DNA of 64,000 bases from Catajapyx aquilonaris. Taxonomy: Eukaryota. This document shows, one piece after another, positions 36,898-64,000 of the stretch (position 1 is the stretch's first letter; every line of letters begins with the position of its first letter). The DNA lies in assembly GCA_000934665.2 (NCBI GenBank), contig JYFJ02002452.1, forward strand, positions 1 to 64,000. The letters run 5' to 3'. Made by a program: the position numbers and the translations under genes. The notes beneath the pieces were generated by a model that saw only the letters and a program-made list of their open reading frames with translations, did no database searches and had not been told where the DNA came from.

Positions 36898-37153
36898 TAA
36901 TAATGGATACCCCGTGATAGGCCTCCTTGGGCCTCTTAGGGGATCATCTTTTAAATGCCCGACTTTATTCATTGCCTCGCTGTGATGGATTTTGATTGCG
37001 GGAGGAAACAGGAGAACCCCGAGAACACCCACGCGAACATGGAGAACCCATCGAAACTCGATCCACATAAGTATCCTCCATCCGACCCGGGGATCGACCT
37101 CGGGACCTTAGTGGAAGGCTGTGACGCTAACCACTTGGCCACCATGTTGCCCC
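36898..37153 (-). mobile_element. tRNA-derived SINE with a V-domain-like core
   Basis: Head with A box tggccaagtgg and degenerate B box ggtcgatccc; core gttctccatgttcgcgtgggtgttctcggggttctcctgtttcctccc; perfect 15-bp TSD ggagtttgacattca (36883-36897, 37154-37168). Confidence 0.85.
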
Positions 37154-37174
37154 GGAGTTTGACATTCAAAATTA

Positions 37175-37540
37175 ATAATAATAACAATAATTAATAATAA
37201 TAATAATAATCCCGTTAGTGCTTGACCTCATCGGAGGTATATAGCAACGACCTTTATTTTACACCAATACATACATTGGAACCTTTATACGTAACGCCCG
37301 GGCCCACGGGCAGGATGACAGGAGGGGATGTGCAAGGTGCAGTGCAATGTCCTTATGTGGCCATTTTTAGCGAACTCCCTCGGGTGGTTTAGTCTGTAGG
37401 AAATACCACCCGAAACGAAGCCAGAGGTGACCCAATGAACTCTGCATGAGATGAAGGGGGTGTCCCCAGGCTGGGATCGAACCCGGGACCTTAACATCCG
37501 TGGGCGCATACATTACCGCATCACCACTCCGTCTCCCCCC
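37175..37540 (-). mobile_element. tRNA-derived SINE (different family)
   Basis: Head tggtgatgcggt...ggttcgatccc (A and B boxes) and (TTA)n tail at ~37175-37210; imperfect aaaat(t/a)aata flanking repeat. Confidence 0.75.
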
Positions 37541-38132
37541 AAAATAAATATTTATTCACAGCATTTGAACTGCTGCATGTCAGTCGATTGCCACTCCTTT
37601 GCGAATGTCAAGCTCACTTTTCTTCTTCGCACTGTTATGCACCAACAATATCTGCCTGGAGTGAAACATGCATCCGACGAGTTCCCAGTCTTAGTGTGTA
37701 GGATAAGATCATGTCTTTTGCCCAGGAAATTTTTCGAAAGGCAGGTTACAACTCATGTTTTGTGAATATTTTGTAATAGCATTTGTGGGCGAGTACATTG
37801 TGAAAGGATTGGAATGTAAAATCCAAAGCATATTACACTTTTTAATACATAACCTAGCGTAGTATTGTCCATACTCGTTTTCCCCCTTAATGTCGCAGTT
37901 TTCATAACATTCCCAGAAGTGCAAATAAACGTGAGGCTGCAACAAGGTTTCAAAATGTGTGAGACGCTGCGAGATGCAACATAAGCATTTTTGCAGCGAG
38001 TTGATGTAAAGTGTAGGCTCTTTCTACAATAAACTTTATATAGCTCACCCTTGAATGTTCTATTTATTCTGCGATGCCATCATTTTTTCAGGTGCATGCA
38101 ACTATTTACATAATTTACAGCGCTACAACATG

Positions 38133-38492
38133 TCAGCTTTTGCGACTGGTCTTGGGTCTCTTCGTCCGTGCCAATGGTGGCAGGTAGATGGGCCTTGGGT
38201 ATGGGATTTTATAGTGGACTGCTGCGGAGAGAAACTGACGGTTATTCACTGTGTGAACGACACATGTTCGTTTCAGACCTATGTCCAGCCTGGCTTGTCC
38301 CTCCCTGATTTTGCTCTGGATCTGCGCTGCATCGGTGAGTCCCTTGTTTTCCCTGAACATTGTCTTGGCCTCCCGCACAATGTAACTCTTCTCCTTCTGG
38401 GTGTCCTCTGGCTTCAGTGCCGTCCAGGTCTTCCCCGTGCGGAGGATCCTCCTGTACAGGGACAGCACTGCGCTGCGGGTCGTGCTGCCCAT
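38133..38492 (-). CDS. LYRM1: LYR motif-containing protein 1
   Basis: RSAVLSLYRRILRTGKTW...EKSYIVREAKTMFRENK...EGQARLDI, a short in-frame intron, then VHYKIPYPRPIYLPP, characteristic of LYRM1. Confidence 0.92.
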   Translation of the reverse strand: MGSTTRSAVLSLYRRILRTGKTWTALKPEDTQKEKSYIVREAKTMFRENKGLTDAAQIQSKIREGQARLDIGLKRTCVVHTVNNRQFLSAAVHYKIPYPRPIYLPPLARTKRPKTSRKS

Positions 38493-39160
38493 GCTTCCTA
38501 ATGTGTACCCCAAAGTGTACTACAAACCATACTGTACAACAACCGTTTTAAATACTGTAAATAAAATAAAATAATTCATTTTACCCGGCAGCAGGATCAT
38601 GAAGCAGAATCATCCAATATGGCGTCAGCAGGGTTGCCAACATGACGCTTAAGAACTTTCAAATAATAAATAAACCAAATTATGTCACTTCATTTTATTC
38701 CTTATTAGATTCATAATCATAAATTTCCGCGTTAAATTTATATCGATGCTAATTCGAATTGGCGATGGTATAGCTATGGAATAATTCAGGTACAATTAAT
38801 TTTTTTTTGGTCTTTCTAACTCATCTCCTGACCTTCTTCTCGACCCAAAGTCTCGACCTCATCCTCTGGCCGTTCCCCGCCCGACCTCTGACCCCGAAGG
38901 AGGAGGAGGAAGGTCCCTCTCGCTCCAGATGGCACAGCAGACCAGGTGAGATGATGCTAAGTTGGATAAATCAATGTGGTCCGCATGTATGCAAATGACC
39001 AGTGTTGAAATGTGACCTGGAGGTCAGTGGAACATATTGCCACAGGCCGCCCCAGTTGGAACATTCCACAATTTACATACATTAAACCTCCTCATCGTCC
39101 GCACAGAAATGAACCCGTAACCTGACCAAAGCCGCATCCGTGCGTTGACAAGGCGGCAGG

Positions 39161-59828
<20,668 letters not shown>

Positions 59829-60014
59829 ATTGTGATGTAGTGTGATTGTACAAATTAGGACACATGTGAATTCGCAAGAAGTATACGTACTCTCTATCTC
59901 AAGCAGCCCTCTCTTTATTTTGCTGCCATTGGCCAAATAATTCGTCCAAATATTACATAACGCTACTCTGAAAACTACAAGCGAAGTGCGCAAGTTTTAA
60001 ATCCCAACTCGTAT

Positions 60015-60590
60015 CTACAGCAGATGGTATATCTGAGCACGTCTTCTGTCGCCACAAGCAACCCGCTTGTCTCCGGAGCAGGGCATTGAACAGGCCGACT
60101 CATTGTTGGGCGTGATGACTCCTCGCAGAATACCCTCAGGGACAGTGTTGGAGCACATGCACTCGTATCTAGAAAAATTAACAATTCAACCACTCATTGC
60201 CGAAGTGCGGATGTTGCGCTAAGCCTTACCCTTTGGCCACTGCAGCAGCGGGGTAGCCATTCTCCCAACAAATCATGATGCAGTTGTCCACACTATTTGT
60301 CTCGTACAGTGTGTAGATCTGAGGGTCATCCAGCATGCGAAGGCACACTGCCGTGAAGCAGTCCGCAAAACATCCGAGATCTACACAAAGTACAGGTTAC
60401 TAACATAGCCCCGATAATGCTCGTAAAGAAACTTACATTCCACTCGGATTATTGCGTTGCAGTGGACGGTGAACACTCTCCCCGGATTGGACAGGTAAGT
60501 GGGAGGGTACTCAGTCGTAGTTGATTTAGGGCGGTTAACGATGGCCGTGATCAGCGTGAACCTCAAGAGCACACCCAGAAGCAAGCGCAT
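60015..60590 (-). CDS. Small secreted WSC-domain protein, 152 aa, 3 exons
   Basis: Exons 60437-60590, 60230-60380, 60015-60168 (GT-AG, phases 1 and 2, 459 nt total). Signal peptide, then YLGCFAD...NSVDNCIMICWENGYPAAAVAKGYECMCSN...SACSMPCSGDKRVACGD..AQIY, the WSC cysteine pattern. Confidence 0.88.
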
Positions 60591-60749
60591 TATTGGTTAT
60601 AATTATTAGTTACATGTCACGTTAACCAGAAGCCACTACTGCGCAGTGTGCATTCAACTGGAAACGGGGAAAGGAAGCACAAAATTACAGCTCATCACAA
60701 CTGATCCCTTCTGACAGTTTATTATTTACAAGGCTACTTCGCAGCACAT

Positions 60750-61244
60750 TCAGAAGTCGGAAACGCGTCCCTTCCTCTCCCAGTCCCCGTATCGGGTGGG
60801 TTCCGGCCCCTTCGGTCCTCCCTTCTCCCCAGTGTTTGGGTTGACTCCCTCAGGCCACGGAGCCAGCGGTTCCTGCTCCTGGTGGGGATGCTGCCCTTCC
60901 TCCAGCTCATCAAGCTTGCCTGCGTAACGACACATGGCGTTACTACTAGTTGCACACCCTGTATTGTACGCGACTGCACGGTGGGGTAACCACCTGGTTT
61001 TTTTTGTGGGAGTGGTTACCCAAATTGTGCCATACCTATGGGTGTCTTCCCCCGGACTGGCTTCTTCGGCTGCGACCTGCTGCATCCGTCCCCCTTGGAG
61101 TCATCCGTCGTTGAGCTCCACCGCACCCCTGCAACACCACGCAACAATGCAACCGCACAATATTAAAGTGTGTCATCCCCTACCTGCCACCCTGTTGCAG
61201 CCCAATCCAGGCCACATCCTGATCAACCTGTTGCAACAATGCAT
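60750..61244 (-). CDS. SDHAF4: Succinate dehydrogenase assembly factor 4 (Sdh8/Sirup)
   Basis: Three exons; Arg-rich presequence, KTPIGKLDE, and [31 protein letters not shown]-terminus. Confidence 0.93.
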
Positions 61245-61639
61245 CTTCCCCAACAATGTGAATGAGGCGGGTATCCGCGCCTCTAGCGTCCGCTGCTTCA
61301 GACACGCGCTTCTGACACCAGTGGCCAGATGGCTCCACTGGTTAGCGGCAGTATTTTTTTTTTCCTCTCCCTTTTTTTTTATTAATATTCCGCGATTATT
61401 TCTGATTCTTGTTGTTGTTGTTGTTGTTGAGGGATTGGGTGTGTAGATGGATTTTTTGTAGGGTCGTTCAACCACACTGGTGGACGGACGGGCAGAGCGT
61501 GGGTAGGAGCAGTGGACAAGGGACGCAGGGAGTGCGGTGGACGCCAGGGTAGGTACACCCAACCAACAGTACAGTACAGTGGACAAGAGGGTTTTCCCGC
61601 CTAGTGATCAGTACACGAGGCACCTTATATACGAAACAG

Positions 61640-64000
61640 ATGGCAAAGCGGCGAAGGGCCTCATCAGCCGCAAGCCGGGGTCAGGACGACGACGGACAGG
61701 AAGTTGACTACACGCCTGAACCTGTGACCAGGAAGCGCAAAAAATATGACCCAGTGAGTACAGCACATTAATTGCATGGCACACTTACTGAATTTAACCG
61801 CATCCAGGCCGAGATATGCCAGCAGCTGTACGAAACGGTTCGTAACTACAAGAAGGAGGATGGGAGCCTCTTGTGCGATGCGTTCATTAGGGTGCCCAAG
61901 AGGAGGCAGGAACCCAGGTATTACGAGGTGGTCACCAACCCAATCGACCTACTGAAGATACAGCAGAAGCTCAAGACTGATGAGTATGATGATGTGGACC
62001 CCTTGACGCAGGACATGCATCTGCTTGTCAACAACGCAAAGAGCTTTTACAAGGTGGAGTGTTTTCTCTCTCGCTTATTACTTGTCAGCATTTTCACCTT
62101 TTTAATCCGCTTGCAGAGGTCAAGTCAGGAATACAGGGATGCATGCGAGTTGTGGGAACTGTACAATGAGACCAAGCTGAAACTCACCGAAGAAGGGAGA
62201 CTGGACGACCTGACTGGTAGTGCAGGGGCAGGAGAACATAAGGGAAAGATCATCCTCAAAGTTGGGAAGCTGGTTCGTAAATTGTATGAAATCTGTTTTC
62301 ATGCATTGTAACCTAAAACGAGCTTGTCTGCAGGCAAGGCGTGCTGCTGCAGCGGAAGCTCGCAAGCAAGAAATGGAGCAGGAGGAACTCTCAGAGACAT
62401 CATCAAGCAACATGGAGGAGGACTGGGCTCAGTACGAGGAACTCTTCGCTGCCGTGATGCACGCCACAGACTCGGATGGGCGCACCCTGAACCCAGCCTT
62501 CCAGCTTCTCCCCTCTCGACGGAGATACCCAGAGTACTATGAGGTGATTGAGCAGCCCATAGACCTTAAGATGATTGCCACCCGCATCCAGAACCAAGAC
62601 TACCAGTCACTGACGGAGATGGAGAGAGACTTGCTGCTGATGACGAGAAATGCATGCACCTTTAACGAGCCTGGGTCACAGATCTACAAAGATGCCAAGG
62701 CCCTCAAGAAGATCATATCGACTAAGAAGGTTGAGATCGAGCATGGGAGAACGTCAACTCCAGGGAAATCTAGCGAGAGAATCAGGTGAGAAACATCGTC
62801 GATTCCTGTAGCAAAACTGTTTTGAAATTGATATGTGCTTGATTGCTGAGTTACTACCCATTTTTTCAGTGCTTAAATGACGTGTACTCAAACATTCACA
62901 AGAACATGTTGCTTATTTTAATTTAATCAAAGAAGCATTTCACAGTTGGTAATATTTTGCATGCGACATTGAACTTATCTGTAAAATTTTTGCAGTGCGT
63001 AGCTGAATTGGCGATAATAATTGTCCAGTGAAACTATTTTTAATGTATGCGATTCTAACTGCCCATACACTTTTCCTTCGATGCTCCAGCAGTAGTAAGT
63101 GGATGAAATAACTGCTCAGAATTGACCATTTTCCGAATTAAAACCCCAGAATTACGCCACGTAGGAACAAGCGGCTGAGAGGGGGGCAGTCTCTCTCTGC
63201 TGTGACTGCGGCACTGCAGTACGAGGAAGAGGATAATGAAGACGGGGAGGACGGAGAGGAAGACGAAGAGGGGGAAGGGGACGAGGAGGAGGAAGGAGAG
63301 GATGATGATGAGGAAGACGTTGAGGAGATGGAGGCAGAGGAAGAAGCTGACGGGGCCGGAGGAGAGGAGGTCGAGGATGCGGACAACCCCAGGTGGCAAC
63401 TCTACGAGGCCGTGCGGTCTTGCACCAATACACAAGGTACGCACACTTTATTTCTTTACCTCCTAATGCATCCAGGCCACAGCTTAACCTCACTTTTCAT
63501 TGGCAGGTTATGCGTTAAGTGAGCCATTCTTGAGGCTGCCTTCCAAACGCTACTACCCAGACTACTACAAGGAGATAAAGAATCCCATTTCTCTATCGCA
63601 AATCAGGTCAAAAATACAGGTTTGTCCCGTCTTCTCTTGAGCAGCATTTTTTTTTTAAGGGTGGATGATGATTTATTTTTCATATCAACAGCGAGGCGAA
63701 TATGGAAACATCAGCGAGGTGGCAGGAGACATGAACATTATGTTTGAGAATGCCAAGCAGTATAACAGGCCTGACTCCAGGTTGTATAAGGATGCAGTAA
63801 AGCTACAAAAAGTCATGCAGGGCAAAGTGCAGGACCTGCTGGAGTTTGATCAGGTTAGTGCTCCCAAAACGCCACCACAATTTGGTGTTTTTAAATGGAT
63901 ATCACTGAACCGAACTTGTCCGAACTGCAGGACTCGGAGAGTGAAGAGGACTTGGATGAAAAGACGGGCAAGAGGAAGCCAAAACCAAAAGCCGTGGCCC
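61640..64000 (+). CDS. PBRM1: Polybromo-1 (BAF180/Bap180), 5' part, truncated by the window end
   Basis: MAKRRRASS; three tandem bromodomains (LYETVRNYKKEDGSLLCDAFIRVPKRR; AFQLLPSRRRYPEYYEVIEQPIDLK; FLRLPSKRYYPDYYKEIKNPISL). Confidence 0.95.

Overview
Gene-dense eukaryotic DNA with short GT-AG introns (mostly 50-80 nt), most likely from a pancrustacean arthropod (inferred from Takeout/JHBP genes, a TTAGG tract and crustacean-type secreted LRR genes). Positions 1-19.3 kb form a fast-evolving secreted-protein cluster: five intact-looking Takeout/JHBP-like genes plus three broken copies, three tandem secreted LRR genes, a frameshifted C-type lectin exon and a decayed PIF1-like helicase fragment at the window edge. 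Positions 23-64 kb are mostly housekeeping: dynein light chain LC8, COQ5, a condensation/acyltransferase-fold gene with a degenerate catalytic motif, SRSF1, LYRM1, HERC1 (about 20.7 kb), a three-exon secreted WSC-domain gene not assembled by the ORF track, SDHAF4 and the 5' part of polybromo (PBRM1). Many small mobile elements with readable termini and target-site duplications (TSDs) are present: Tc1/mariner-, hAT-, Harbinger- and piggyBac-type MITEs, three tRNA-derived SINEs and a solo LTR. The most notable unexplained signals are a GGA-rich block and candidate poison exon in SRSF1 intron 3, and a roughly 200-nt structured element between the convergent LC8 and COQ5 3' ends. All calls come from manual reading and translation; no database search or folding program was run, and exon edges marked ~ are approximate.
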